Shown piece by piece: positions 24,363 through 39,631 of a stretch of DNA of 64,000 nt (position 1 is its first letter; every line of letters begins with the position of its first letter). The notes beneath the pieces were generated by a model that saw only the letters and a program-made list of their open reading frames with translations, was not told the origin of the DNA and made no database searches. Source of the DNA: Octopus vulgaris (Eukaryota); NCBI GenBank assembly GCA_951406725.2, contig OX597815.1, positions 48,608,001 to 48,672,000 on the forward strand, read 5' to 3'. The position numbers and the translations under genes were made by a program.

Positions 24363-24933
24363 CTGTCTTACGTCCATCATGTTAAATACTTTAATCTAAA
24401 CCAATGAGAAAGTTTTTTTTCTACATTTAGACGTGTTTTAGTGTAATTAGTAACACATTTGTCTGGCTTACAGAAGAAGCTTGGTATGAGTCTGATGCAC
24501 AATTTTCAATCCCTTTTTTTTCCCATGCTAGGGATTTTTAACTCAGTGTATAATAAGCAAGGAAGGTTAAAACCATGTGATCTCGTGGTCTAGCACTGGT
24601 GGTAACAGGGCTTTATCTCCCTGCAAGCAATGTAAATAAGAATGCATTTTGCACCAAAAACCAATATGAAAGTTTCTCTCATGGCAACTACCACGGTATA
24701 GTTCTAAGAAAACATCCAAGTTTAAGTGGTAATAAATATTATTTATAGCTCATTTTGCTTCAGAACACATAGCTTACAAAAACTGATGCACCAATGTGTG
24801 TGTGTGTCAGTGTGTGAGTGCACATGGAAGAGTGTGTTCATGTGTGTGAGCCTGTATATATATATATAATACACTAATACATCTGTTTGTTTTGTTCACC
24901 ACCTGTCTTTGTCTTGTTTTTTTCATAAACTCT

Positions 24934-25123
<190 letters not shown>

Positions 25124-25134
25124 AATTTTAAATA

Positions 25135-25546
25135 ATAAGGATGAAAAATTGAATATTAATTTGATTAATATCAATTTAAAACCAGTGGTCTAGCATATTG
25201 AAAAATCTGAAGTTTCAGAAAAAATTATATTACATACATATAAGAAGGATGACCTGTAAGTGGACATCCATTTTGCTAGAAGATCGGTTATGGTCTTACC
25301 ACTAAGAAAGGAATGTTCTCAAGAAAATTTAGCAAACGCCAGAACGTAAGTGAGCAAGATGAAGGAAAAGATACAAAATATAGATTAATCACAAACCAGG
25401 TGTCGTTGTTAATGCTTATGTAATCATTTACGTAATCATCCGCAAACTCGTCAGTGTGATCGTCTTTGCAACTATAATTTGCAGAACTATACACGAGACA
25501 TCCACATGAGATTGAACATGTATACAGTTCTACCAATTACAATTGG

Positions 25547-25548
<2 letters not shown>
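25135..25548 (-). mobile_element. Penelope-like non-coding element between two (TA)n tracts
   Basis: Terminal segment resembles 7630-7690 and 41880-41945; contains a hammerhead motif; TA tracts on both sides. Confidence 0.65.
25388..25460 (-). ncRNA. Type I hammerhead motif with one core substitution
   Basis: AUCACA-CUGACGA-GUU...AAC-GACAC-CUG-GUU|UGUGAU. Perfect 6-bp helix I and G10.1-C11.1; GAAA reads GACA. Confidence 0.7.
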
Positions 25549-25581
<33 letters not shown>

Positions 25582-26004
25582 TCTGTGTGTGTGAGTGTGT
25601 ATGTATATATACATATATACAAAGCATGGGCATTAGGAAGGTCATCTAGCTGTAGAAATCATGCCAAAAGTGACATGGAACATAAGGCAGCCCTGTAGCT
25701 CACTGAATCCTATCAGACTGTTCAGCTTTAGAAAATGAACGTCAGATAATGATGAGGAAGATGATGATGATGATGATATATCACATGTTTCAATGAGACA
25801 ATCCAGAAATCACTATACACTGCCGGTCAGAATACACTACCAATTCTTTTATGTCTATATTTATTGTGCTTCTCATTGTTTTAATATGACATTTTGTTAT
25901 TTTATATGCCTGTTTTTCCATGTTACTATGGATTAAAAGAATATGCTATTCATTCATTCTTTTACCATTTGATGCCCTTCTTAGTATCAGGACGGCATTT
26001 TGCA

Positions 26005-26178
26005 ATGTGGCAGAATCGTTGGCATGCCAGGCAAAATGTTTAGACCTCTGCTGAGGTCTACTTCGCCTTTCATCCTTTTTGGGGGTTGATAAAATAAGTA
26101 CCAGTTGAGGACTGGGGTCGATGTAATAGACTTACCTCATCTCCCACACCTGCTGCTCTTGTGCCAAAATATGAAACT
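26005..26178 (+). mobile_element. Family M SINE
   Basis: GCCTTTCATCCTTTT...GATAAAATAAGTACCAGTTGAG.ACTGGGGTCGATG. Confidence 0.75.
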
Positions 26179-26220
26179 AATACTACTCTGGCATTTATTT
26201 TATCAAAGTTGGTAAGTTTA

Positions 26221-26600
26221 GGTGCAGGCATAGCTGTGTGGTAAGAACTTTGCTCCCAACTACATGATAGCAGGTTCAATCCCACTGTGTGGCACCTTTG
26301 GCAAGTGTCTTTTACTATAGCCCAGGGTTGATCAAAGACTCATGAACGAATTTGGTAGACAGAAACTGAAAGAAGCCCATTTTGTATGTGTGTGTGTGTA
26401 TCTATGTATGTATGTGCATGTATCTACGTGCGTGTGACTATGTTTGTGCTTGTCTCCCACCACTACTTGACAATCGGTGTTGGTTTGTTTACGTCCCTGT
26501 AACTTAGTGGTTTGGCAAAAAATGACTGGCTGACTAACTGACTGATTGACTAAGTACCAGGCTTAACAGAAAATAAGTGTTGGGGGGGTTGATTTGTTTA
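26221..26600 (+). mobile_element. Family A SINE
   Basis: Head and CORE-like segment as in the other copies. Confidence 0.82.
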
Positions 26601-27403
26601 ACTTCTGCCATATTTGAACTCAAAGTGCATAGAGGTGAAACAAATACTGGCAAAGCATTTTATCTTATATTCTAGCAACTCTGCCAGTTTGCAATGATGA
26701 AAGACAAAAATCAAGAAGGGCAAGATTTGAACATGAAATATTAAAGGATGTAACTAAATACCACAGGGTAATAATGGAGGACAATATCACAACATCTACC
26801 ACATAATATAAAATAGATAAATAAATAAAGAAAGAATCACAGCAAATTTTGGCAGGCAATCTTCAGTGAGATATTAAATAAATTATTGTAGAATCTGCTA
26901 TATAGTTACTTGACCCATATAATGTTTCGGCCAAATTTCTCTTAAGAAAATTCATACCATTATTAAAAGAAGGAGCTCACATCTCCTATTTAAAATCTTA
27001 GGGACTGTATGCCCACAAAACAAAAGAGGGGGTAGCATGTCATGAGTAGATAATCCATATGATAAAAATTGATTCAAAACTGACACGTTGCCTTTCTTTA
27101 TATCTGTCTCATCTATAATAGAAACAATGCAATTTTGAGTAGCGACACTGAGTCATTTTTGTGAGCAGCTAAATGTATTTTGAATAAATAATTAAGTACA
27201 TATATCAAACAGACCCATTTTATTATTAAAACACATTCTATTTACATAAATATACACACATACACACACACGCACATCTATATATATTTGCATATGTACA
27301 TGTATAAATATTTATGCGTACATATATGCACTTACACATACATACATATGCACACACATATATACATATATATACATTCATATATATATATATATATACA
27401 CAT

Positions 27404-27437
<34 letters not shown>

Positions 27438-27498
27438 GAATATATATATATGTATATATGTATGTATATATATATATATATATATACACATAAGTTAC

Positions 27499-27534
<36 letters not shown>

Positions 27535-27619
27535 GATATATATATATACAAACACTCACACACTAAAGGGGGAAAAGGTTCTGGGTTAAAGTACAAATAT
27601 TTTAATCAGTCTTGAGAGA

Positions 27620-27657
<38 letters not shown>

Positions 27658-27749
27658 AGAGAGATAGGGTAAGAGAGAGAGAGGGTAAGAGAGAGAAAGA
27701 AAGGCTGCAACTTAATTAACAGTTCAAATCGTTTGCTTGCTTGCCTTAC

Positions 27750-27938
27750 CTACAAGCAAGAAGAAAGCTATTGAAAAGATTATCTTCCTGCACCATTCTA
27801 CTGCTTCGTTGTTTGTTGTTCCTTGACCTCTGCCGAAAATGCTGTCAGAGGAGTAGCCAATACTTGGTTGCTAAATATGCCATTCGAGGTGTCTTCAGGG
27901 ACTTTAACCTGCTGAACTGTTGGTGACATTTACTGCTG
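27750..27938 (-). other. Candidate spliced exon (UTR-like or start-containing)
   Basis: Minus strand: CTTTCTCTCTGTTCTCTCAC tract, TAG|CAG|CAG acceptor and strong AG|GTAAGG donor in unique high-complexity sequence; stops in all three frames. Confidence 0.45.
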
Positions 27939-28247
27939 CTAATGTGAGAGAACAGAGAGAAAGTCTGCGTTTATAACAAATCAATCAAGCAAATATCGGC
28001 ACAAAGCCATCTTCACTTGGCAATAAACACAGCGGCAGTAACGTCTTAAAAGAAGTTAATTTTCTGTCTGTCTGACTGCCTGTCAGTCTGCCTGTCAGCC
28101 TGTCACTTTTTCATCTAACTTCTTTCTATATACTCTAACCCTTTTTGCTTAGCTTTCTATATAGTTTCAACTACCTTTTCCCATTATTTTCCTCTATCTT
28201 TTCCTTTATCTACTTATCTAGGTATCTATCTGTCAGCCTATCTATTG

Positions 28248-28299
<52 letters not shown>

Positions 28300-28507
28300 A
28301 TACATTTATGTTTAAGTCTATCTCATACACAGATATTGAATGTACAGTCTTCTCATCAATATCTATTTGTATCTCAGCCTAAAACACTCTTACTTCTTCA
28401 GGATCAATATATTTATCGCTTTATTTATTTGCTGTTCTTCTGCTTATTTAGTCAATAACTCTATTCCTTCTATCCATTTCTTTTATCCCTTTCCTCTCCC
28501 TCTTATG

Positions 28508-28587
<80 letters not shown>

Positions 28588-28632
28588 CATATATATATAC
28601 ATACATATATATATATATATATACATATATAC

Positions 28633-28663
<31 letters not shown>

Positions 28664-28693
28664 CATACATACATATACATACACATACACACA

Positions 28694-28763
<70 letters not shown>

Positions 28764-29325
28764 CATACATACACATATATTATATTGATAAATTCATGCA
28801 CACACACACGCACACACTCACACACACAAATTCTCATATTAATGCTTAGTTTATTTTTCTAACTCTCTATCTGTCTACCTACATCTGCTTGTCTATCTAA
28901 CCTTTTTATTTGTCTGTCTATATATATGTTTATCATAAACACTTTCTGATCTCTATAATTACAAACCCTTATACTTTTTAGCTAGATAGATTAAAGCAAA
29001 CTTAGTCATGTATCTTGCAAAACATAAGAACCGTAGCAAGGTTGTAACTCATGATTTTGTGGTCAGAAACCATAAACCTTGTGTTACAGCCCTATGTTAA
29101 TATTTAGAAATATGATATTTCCAAGTATCAGAATATTTGTCATAAAAATTTTGATGTATTTTGGTAACACATAAGGTTAGGTTGTTTTTTTATTTTTTTC
29201 ATTTACTAGGGAATAGTATATGAGCCTTTGATTGCTGTGTAATCCTACTACTTGTGTTGTTGACCCCTAGAAGATGAAAAGTTAAACGAACCTAAGTAGG
29301 ATTTGATTTGTAAAACATAAAGCAG

Positions 29326-29685
29326 AAAGTGGCTGTGTGGTAAGATGCTTGCTTCACAGCCACATGGTTCTGGGTTCAATTCCACTGCATGGCATATTGG
29401 GCAAGTGTTTTTTATTATAACCTCGGGCTGACTAAAGCCTTGTGAGTAAATTTGAAAGAAGCCTGTCATATGTATGTATGTATGCGTGTGTATCTGTCTG
29501 TTTTTGTCCCCTACCACCATATGACAACTTGTGTTAGTTTGTTGCCATCCCATAAATTAGTTGTTTGGCATAAAGGACTGTTACAATAAAATAAGTACAA
29601 GTGTCTATTTGTTCTACTAAAATCCTTCAAGGTAGTGTCCCAGCATGGCCACAGTCCAGTAACTGAAACAAATAAAAGATAAAAA
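29326..29685 (+). mobile_element. Family A SINE (diverged)
   Basis: GTGGCTGTGTGGTAAGA...GGGTTCAATTCC...CCAGCATGGCCACAGTC. Confidence 0.8.
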
Positions 29686-30027
29686 AAACAATACCAGATA
29701 AATATAAACTAAATAAAGTAAAATTTTGAAAAACTTCTAAACCTGTTTTTTTTATAATTTGCTACCAAAACCACAGACCTTAATTTACACAGAAATAATA
29801 ATCTCCCTCTTTGAATAATATAAACTCTTATTTCATTCATTCATTTGATAACTATGGTGAAGAGAAATCTCACAACTACTTCCCTGAGCTCACGACCCTG
29901 CATTACTATGCAAATGAATTCCAGAATAGGAACTGATGTGACAGAAGCTTTCCTGATACAATTAATTATGATATTTGCTTTCTTGGAAGTAACTGATAGA
30001 AGAGTCTACACCACAGTATCATATATC

Positions 30028-30400
30028 ATGATCATCAACATTTAATGTTCATTTTCCATATTGGATTGCTTGATGGGTACTACCAAGGCCAAGGGTTGCA
30101 CCAGGTTCCATAATCTGTTTTGACTTAGTTTCTATAACTGATGCCCTTCCTAATGACAACCACATTACAGAGTGTACTTGGTGCTTTTTATGTGGAACCA
30201 TCACTAGTGCTTTTTTATGTGACACCATCACCCATACCAATGCTTTTTACATGGCACCTTGGTTTTAGGATCTCAATTCTGTTGTGGTGGGTGGGTCTTC
30301 TTGATTACAGCAATGCACCACATATCTTGGTCCTCATAACACTCATCATTTTGAGATTAACCTTCAATACTTTGTCCCATGTTTTCCTGGATCTCCTGCA
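30028..30400 (-). mobile_element. Old family B copy
   Basis: ATCATCAACATTTAATGTTCATTTTCCAT and GATGCCCTTCCTAATGACAACCAC. Confidence 0.65.
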
Positions 30401-30664
30401 ACATTCACCACCAACAGGGGTTTCATTGAGGTGATTGCCAATCAAGGTTAAAGAGCACTTTCCCTGCTTGTAAGGCATAACTATCTCCTGCTACACGTTG
30501 TCCTGATATTTCACAGGAGATACATAACCCTTGACTGCTAGAGATTCATAACCCTTGACCGAAGTCCATACTAAATACTGTCAATTGAAGCCAGCTGACA
30601 GTACTTTGTATGTTAGTCCCGTCTAACGTGAAGCCAGGATTCAAGTTAGACAGGCATGACTGCA

Positions 30665-31235
<571 letters not shown>

Positions 31236-33105
31236 GATGTCATTTGATTAGAAAACTGGTCCTTATGAAATAAATAACCATGTAGGAATCTTAGTTATTA
31301 CTTCAGGGCCTGACAATCCTGTAGCTCCCCTACATCAAATTGATGTTACCTGAATAGGCACAATGTACCAGATGTCACATGTCAAAGTGATAGCAGAGCT
31401 ATCTGTGATCTTGTAATTGTGAGTGCAACACCCTACCCAGTAGGCCAAGTGCCCCCTACTTTGTTCCTATATGTGTGTGTGTGTATTTACTTACCCACTG
31501 TATGAAAAAGTGGTTGTCAAATCAATGATTTTGGCATTCGAATGGCTAGAATGAGCAGCAAAAATTCTCTTCCATCGTAAAGATATATTAAATAACACAC
31601 TGAATAAAAGACATATTAGTTATAGCTGGAGCACTTTTGACCACAGGTCTGCTGATTCAGAGTTGACCTGAGGCTAAATAACAACTGTAGTTGCATTTTG
31701 ACATGCTAACACTTGGAAACAATGACCTCAGAATTGCCTTTGGTTCTATAACACAAAACACTACAAATTTCTAAGCGTTTATTAAATTAAAACTTTCAAT
31801 GTTAACTTTATGTTAAATAGTTTTTGTCAAATAATGTTTCTAACACAAACTTAACGAAAAAGTAACTTTTACTAAATTCACCTAAACTCTTAACTAAACT
31901 TAAATTAAATTCTTAACTACATTCAAAATTTATGAAAACACATAGGTCTCAAATTTCATGAGGGATATGACCACATAAGAGTTAATACATCTCTATGCAT
32001 CAGTGGTGAAGAGTGACTAAGAAACTAGGGCATGCAGTCCACCCCAACTCACTGAGGTTGGTGTAAGTTCAAGTGTTCCATCCTCCCCTGTTTTCCATGA
32101 AAAGTGTAGTATTATATATGCTTTGAAATATGGTGAGTCTGAAAATAGTTACCCCCTATGATGCACCGATTTGAAGTAGTTAGTAAGATATGAGAAACGT
32201 ACATATAACTTTGGAAATCACCTTCCAACAATTTCATCCAGTAGGGGCTATTCAAGCTGAAGACTTTGAGAAAGAAGTGAAAATTCTTTTTAAAGTTTAG
32301 AAGAAAATTCAACATTCATAAACTCTTGAAGCTGATTGAGAGAGTACCAAATTAAGTGAATGTGTATAGTAATGTACAACTTCCATCAGTGATGCAGCTT
32401 TTTTGTCATTACTGACATCAACTCATTCCCTAAACCTTTCTTGAAGCTTTTCTTTCCCATCAACAAATTGCAAAATGTGTGACAGTTAAGATTTCATTTG
32501 AAGGTTTGTATTCTCACCGAACATAATAGCAACAAATACTGTTTTTTTTTTTATCATTAACTTAATTAGACCTTCACTTGTAACAGCTGTACAATTAAAT
32601 GATTTCGTTTTGAATATCACCTGAAAGTGATATTCGTTTTCAATATCACTTCAAAGTTGAGAAAATGTGTTCTTAAGCTAACAAACTAACAGACAGGGGA
32701 AACAGAAAAATTTGTCCAGAATGGGTCATCTCATCATTTACTCAGACTATTCATAATAGTTTCAATCAAAATAATGACATTCCTTGCTGCCCACTTTGGT
32801 TTTGATTTTCAGCTTAAGCCTTGGTTTCTCTTTTCTGAAAATGATAATATTCTTATCTATTTCAAAGTTGGGGAAAATAGAGAGAAAACTGAACTAATTG
32901 ACCCTTTTGCCATTCTGGGGGTGACTGAAGGCATGAGAAATTCTACTGGGCTATAATCTTTTTAAATGAATTGAAGTTTTATGCTAATAAATAATTTAGG
33001 TACTTGATTACTTTTTTACATAACCTTTTTTAGATAACTTTAAATATTTAAAATTAAATTTTAAGGCATTGGATGAACAAATGGATGAAAACTATACTTT
33101 TTAAT

Positions 33106-33137
<32 letters not shown>

Positions 33138-33254
33138 TGCAGGTTTCTTCTTTTCTTGAAATAGTCAAGAAGACTCCGGGGTCACATGACTGAATTCGGG
33201 TCTTAAGAAGGAATCAAAAACACTCTCTCCATTAGTTAAATCTTTTTAGAAAGC

Positions 33255-33625
33255 AAGCATTAGTGTGTGGTAAGAAGTTTGCTTCCCAACCAGATGGTTC
33301 CAGGTCAAGTCCTCTACAAGTATCTTCTCCTATAGCCTTGGGCCAACTAAAACTTTGTGAATGGACTTGATAGAGGGAAACTGAAAAAAAAACCCCATTA
33401 TATATATATGTGTGTGTGTCTTTGTGTGTGTCCTTGTGTTTGTGTTTGTCCATCACTAAACCTTAACAACTACCATTCATGCATTTATGTTCCTGTAACT
33501 TAGAAGTTCGGCATGGGAGACTAAAAGAAGTACTGGAGTGGATTCATTTGACTAAAAATTACTTAAGGTGGTGCCCCAGCTTGACCACAATCTACTGATT
33601 GAAACAAGTAGAAGATAAAAGATAA
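33255..33625 (+). mobile_element. Family A SINE
   Basis: Consensus match with a small deletion. Confidence 0.78.
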
Positions 33626-33779
33626 AATGTGTACTCTTTGCTACCAAATAATAGTATAAAATATATCAGAAAGCTATAAAACAAACTTGTAAATTGACTA
33701 AATATGCATATCTTGTCTAAGCATCAGAAAAGTCACTCACTCCAAGGGAAAAGAAAGTTGACAATGTGTGTCTGCTGGC

Positions 33780-34095
33780 TTAACACAGCTGAAAGGCAAG
33801 CATTATAATAATCTGCTTTCTCTATCTTTCTCGTTCTTGAACACTGCTCTTACTATGACTGAAAGGCAAGCAGTAAAATATCTGCTTTCTGTTGACAACT
33901 TAACACACCTGAAAGGTAAGCAGCAAAATATCTGCTTTCTTTGTCTTTCTCTTTCTTAGTCACTCACTCATATTTTGTTTTGTCCCTCTTTTTTATGCTC
34001 TCTTCTCGAAAATAATAGAATATAAAGAAAATAACACCACTGCTCTTACTATGACTGGAAGCGAACAGTAAAAAATTTGCTTTCCTTTGTCTCTC
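33780..34095 (+). repeat. Degenerate local direct repeats (CTGAAAGGCAAGCAGTAAAATATCTGCTTTC, four copies)
   Basis: Copies near 33789, 33859, 33909 and 34054; CACTGCTCTTACTATGACTG occurs at 33842 and 34038. Confidence 0.65.
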
Positions 34096-34181
34096 TCTCT
34101 CTCTCTCTCTCTTTATACTAAGAAATGAAGGAATGCAAAATTAAAGCAAATATGACTACAATGAATCTAGTGAAAATTGTC

Positions 34182-35007
34182 AGGTGCAGGAGTGACTGTG
34201 TGGTAAGTAACTTGCTTACCAGCCACATGGTTCTGAGTTCAGTCCCATTGCATGGCACCTTGGGCAAGTGCCTTCTACTATAGCCTCGGGCTGACCAAAG
34301 CCTTGTGAGTGGATTTGGTAGATGGAAGAAAACCATCCGAACGTGGCCGTAGCCAGTACCGCATCGACTGGCCTCCGTGCTGTGGGCACGTAACAAACAC
34401 CATCCGATCGTGGCTGTTCGCCAGCCTCATCTGGCACCTGTGTCGGTGGCACATAAAAACACCATCCGAGCGTGGCCGTCTGCCAGCCTCGTCTGGCACC
34501 TGTGTCGGTGGCACATAAATAACACCATCCGAGCATGGCCGTTCGCCAGCCTCGTCTGGCACCTGTGTCGGTGGCACATAAAATCACCCACTACACTCTC
34601 GGAGTGGTTGGCATTAGGAAGGGCATCCAGCTGTAGAAACACTGCCAGATCTGACTGGCCTGGTGCAGCCTTCGGGCTCCCCAGACCCCAGTTGAACCGT
34701 CCAACCCATGCTAGCATGGAAAGCGGACGTTAAATGATGATGATGATGATGATGATGAAACTGAAAGAAGCCCATCATATATATGTATATATATATGTGT
34801 GTGTGTGTATTTGTCCCTCCAACATCGCTTGACAACTGATGCTGGTGTGTTTATGTCCCCGTAACTTAGCGATTCAGCAAAGGAGACCAATAGAATAAGT
34901 ACTAGGCTTACAAAGAGTAAGTCCTGGAGTCAATCTGCTCGACTGAAGGTGGTGCTCCAGCTTGGCCACAGTCAAATTACTGAAACAAGTAAAAGAGTAA
35001 AAGAGTA
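34182..35007 (+). mobile_element. Full family A SINE with nested family B insertion at about 34328-34756
   Basis: GTAGATGGAA | family B copy ending (GAT)n | AAACTGAAAGAAGCCC. Confidence 0.88.
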
Positions 35008-35259
35008 ATAATCAATTATATATTATACAAAAATTATTTATCACAGAAGAGTAGTAAGACATGCAGTGCATGTGTTGCATACATCTACTCTTCACCCCTG
35101 CTATGCATGGGAAAGAGATTATAAATGTATAACTTTCATCTGCACAGCAGAACCTGCTTTTTATAAAAACAGTGTAATGTAGTCACACAGTTACTATTAG
35201 CAAAACTTGTTGGCCCAAAACATATTCAATATATTGTTCTATCCTCTGCACAATATTGA

Positions 35260-35690
35260 TTTCAAATTGTGGCACAAGGCCAGCAATTTCGGGGTGTTGG
35301 GGTGAGTCAATTACCTTCACCCCAGTGTTCAACTGGTACTTAATTTATTGATCGAGAAAGGATGAAAAGCAAAGTCGACCTCAGTGGATTTTGAACTCAG
35401 AATGTAAAGATGGACAAAATGCTGCTAAGCATTTTGCCTTGTGTGCTAATGATTCTTATTTCTTTATTGCCCACAAGGGGCTAAACATAGAGGGGACAAA
35501 CAAGGATATACAAAGGGATTAAGTCAATTACATTGACCCCAGTGCATAACTGGTACTTAATTTATTGACCCCGAAAGAATGAAAGGCAAAGTCAACCTTG
35601 CGGAATTTGAACTCAGAACATAATGGCAGACGAAATACCGCCAAGCATTTTGCTCAGCATGCTTATGATTCTGCCTGCTTATTGCCCTAT
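35260..35690 (-). mobile_element. Two nested or adjacent family M SINEs
   Basis: ACTGGTACTTAATTTATTGA...GAAAG.ATGAAA at about 35332 and 35549. Confidence 0.8.
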
Positions 35691-36645
35691 TCTCTGCATA
35701 ATATTATCAATGAGTTACTGTTAACTAAAAACACTCTGCCCTTCACTGATTACATACAATCAGTGGTTTCTATAATATTCCCTTCACTAGTGGTCACAAA
35801 TACTTTAGTACCATCCAAGGACATTTGTCCCACCAGAGGAGAAATACCGAGTAGGATTGATGCTACTAAAGAAAGTTTGACTTGTTTGGGCCTACACTGT
35901 AGTATGCTTTGTAATTCTACAATCCATGTAGCTTACTGCATTATGTGTATGAATTGAAAAAGGCAACAAAATGCATGTATATGTATACACACATATGTTC
36001 AAACATATATACATATATGTAACATACAAAAATTATACATGTTCACACCTGCATGCACATACACATAGAACACACAAACATTCACACACAATACATATAT
36101 TCACATGCACACAAATATTTACACACAATACACATATTAATCACATACAACACATTACTCTTTCTTTATAAATACACACACACACATAATATTTACACAT
36201 CACACACATGTATTCACACACAACACTTACATATATACACATACATACACATAAATATATATATACATATGCACAAATATTCACATACAACAGACAAATA
36301 TATAAATACACATGGACATATAGGCAGAAAGCAATGCCCCAGCATGGGCAGAATCATATAAACTGGCTGAAACTAGTAACAACACAAAAGAATATATCTG
36401 CTCTTTTTTTTTTTGTATAAAGTGACAATTAGATTTGATCCTTAGGTCTTTTCTTCCATAGCTTCTGATTTCTGCACCGTGAACAGTTAAGGCAATCCAT
36501 TTGTTCAGAGCCATTCTGTGTTACCATTTCTTCTCAAGACAGCACCAGTATTTAGAAGGATAGAGATCAATTGTTTGATGGATCAGCAGTAAAGGGAGAA
36601 ATGGAAATAGGATGAAGTAGATAGATAAAAATATGATATAGGGAT

Positions 36646-36685
<40 letters not shown>

Positions 36686-36693
36686 ATAAATAA

Positions 36694-36802
<109 letters not shown>

Positions 36803-37016
36803 CAGACAGATAGATAGGTGTGTGGGTGGATGAACAGATAGACAGATGCATGGAAGGGCAAATGAGTGTCTAAATAAAAAGGTGAAGATAGAAAGATAGA
36901 TATACAGTTAAGTAGATATAGAGAAAAAGAGTGGGCGTGTTTCTGTGTGCATATATATATGCACCTGCACACATATAAACACATATATATACATGTATAT
37001 ATACATATATATACAG

Positions 37017-37047
<31 letters not shown>

Positions 37048-37157
37048 CGTAGATATATATATATATATACACATACACATACACATATCTACACAAGTGT
37101 GTGCATGTATAAATACATATGTATATGCATCATACAAATACATATATACATACATAC

Positions 37158-37197
<40 letters not shown>

Positions 37198-37280
37198 TGT
37201 GCACATTTGCATCAAATATACACACATTTTTGTACAGACACAAAGAAAATAATAAAAATAACTAGATAAATACACATAAG

Positions 37281-37362
<82 letters not shown>

Positions 37363-37686
37363 TACACACACCTGTATACACATATATGTGAGTATGTATG
37401 CATGTATGTATGTATGTGTTTACATGCATCTACTATCTGTCCATAGAAAAACCTTTCTCCCTACTGAAAACAGCTTTGGGAAATGTGGTGTAACCATCAT
37501 ATAAAAACTAAGTACCTTTCTAACCTTTTATGGCCATGGTTCCAGCTTTGGGTCTTGGATAAATTTACACATCACCAGCTTTACCATTAGGTCTGAAATG
37601 GAATGGACTATAGCAGCCAGAACACAAGAGGGGATGAGATTAGACACATTCTTTGTTTGTCTGCTTCACTGAGATACATACATACA

Positions 37687-37717
<31 letters not shown>

Positions 37718-37719
37718 CA

Positions 37720-37750
<31 letters not shown>

Positions 37751-37829
37751 TTATATATATATATATATATATATACATGCATAAATGCATGCATACATAC
37801 ATAGATATATACATACATACATACATATT

Positions 37830-37868
<39 letters not shown>

Positions 37869-38068
37869 TATATGTGTGCATGTGTGTAATGTATATATAT
37901 GTCTGTATATGTGTGTGTGTCTAGCTAGATAATTATATATGTATATCTATATATATGATATTACACATATATATATGTGTGTGTATATATATACACACAC
38001 ACACACATACACACAGACACAGATGCATACATATATATGATATGTACACATATACATACATACGTACA

Positions 38069-38112
<44 letters not shown>

Positions 38113-38282
38113 ATATATACACACATACATATACATACAAACATACATACATATATAAATAGACTCACAAACATATATATACATACATATATACGTGATA
38201 TATACACCCAAACATATACATATAATATATACACAGAAGCATAAACACACACACACACAAATATATATATATATACATTCAC

Positions 38283-38614
38283 AGAGATGCAGAATGTGTT
38301 CTTATTCATAGCCCTGGTCATGAGATGGACTGCAGTGGTGGTGGTGGTGGTGGTGGTGGTGGTAGTGGTGTTGGTGGTGGTGATGGTGGTGGCTGAAATA
38401 TCAAGAAGAGATTCTATTAGTGTATGGGAGTTGTAAAATGGAATAATTGGCCGTATATTGCTGCCGGAATGGTACCTGTAATTGCTAATGGTGTAAATCG
38501 GACAATGAACAAGGTTTAGCTGTGACAATAGTGTTTCTCCCTGCAGTCTTTTGTTGCATAAAACTATGCAAAGATACATCCATCTATCCATCAATGAAGA
38601 GAATAATTCTTGAA
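38283..38614 (-). other. Candidate exon with an open, Thr-rich frame
   Basis: Strong acceptor TTTTTCTTCTTCTTCTTCTGTCTATTTTACCTTCAG|; frame open for about 110 codons (QELFSSLMDRWMYLC...TTTT...); donor weak and uncertain. Confidence 0.3.
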
Positions 38615-39590
38615 CTGAAGGTAAAATAGACAGAAGAAGAAGAAGAAAAAAGAAAACGGTGTCCAAAAAAAAAAAAGGTAATAATAGAACAAAACAAAAA
38701 AGAGAACAACAAAGAAAGAGAATAGGATGATGAAGGAAAGAAACAAAATGACACTTTGGCCCCCAAAAATGTGTCTAAGGTATGGGTCTTGGTTTACTCC
38801 ATAAATTTTGTCTTTTATTTCGGTTTTAGCTGTGGGATTGGTGAACTCAGTTCATTGTTGCTGGAGTTTTCTGATAATCCAAACCAAAACTATTGGTTTG
38901 ATGTTCTCGGACAAAAATAATGCTAACGCAGTCCGGTTTCAGCCAAGCTAGAACATTAGCTGACTGGGGAAACAGAGAGAGAGAAAGAAAGGGAGAGGGA
39001 GAGAGAGAGAGAGAGAGAAAACAGGGGATAGGAGATAATGAGGGAGAAAGAGAGTCAGAGAGGGAATAAAGGAGAGAGGAAAATCGGTAAGAGAAAGGGC
39101 GAGATAGATAAGTTATTGGATATCTATTGTCCTATTACAACAGCCTGGCAATAATGCCACCTTAAGAGCTTGAAGTGACTAATCTATTAGACACCTTTAC
39201 TTTGTCCTTGCTCTTTGTAGCCAATTTTTTTTTTTATTAAAGACAATTATCATCATCATCATCATCACCATCAGTTGGTGGTGGCGGTGTTGTCATCATC
39301 ATCAGTAGTAGCTGTTGTGATGTTCTTGTTGTTGTTGTTGTTCTTCACTTTTGGCTGTCCTTTTATTCCTGCGTTATAAAGAAGGTAAACTTTTGATTGA
39401 AAATCCTTCTGTTATAAAGGTCAAAGTAATGGGTTTTATGCACATTTGTGTGCGCATGCATGCATGTTTGTACACGTCTATACATGTGTACATGATGTAC
39501 ATGTGTGATTGTACTTGTATGTTGCAAGTGCAACAGTAGATAGTCAAATGTCGTTCTGTATGATTTATTACATACATGCATATATGAGTG

Positions 39591-39631
<41 letters not shown>

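Noticed and set aside
26836-26872. Minus-strand AUCUCA-CUGAAGA...CAAAA...UGUGAU
   Set aside because: Helix I pairs 5/6, but GAAA, helix II and the UH site are all defective; too degenerate to call.
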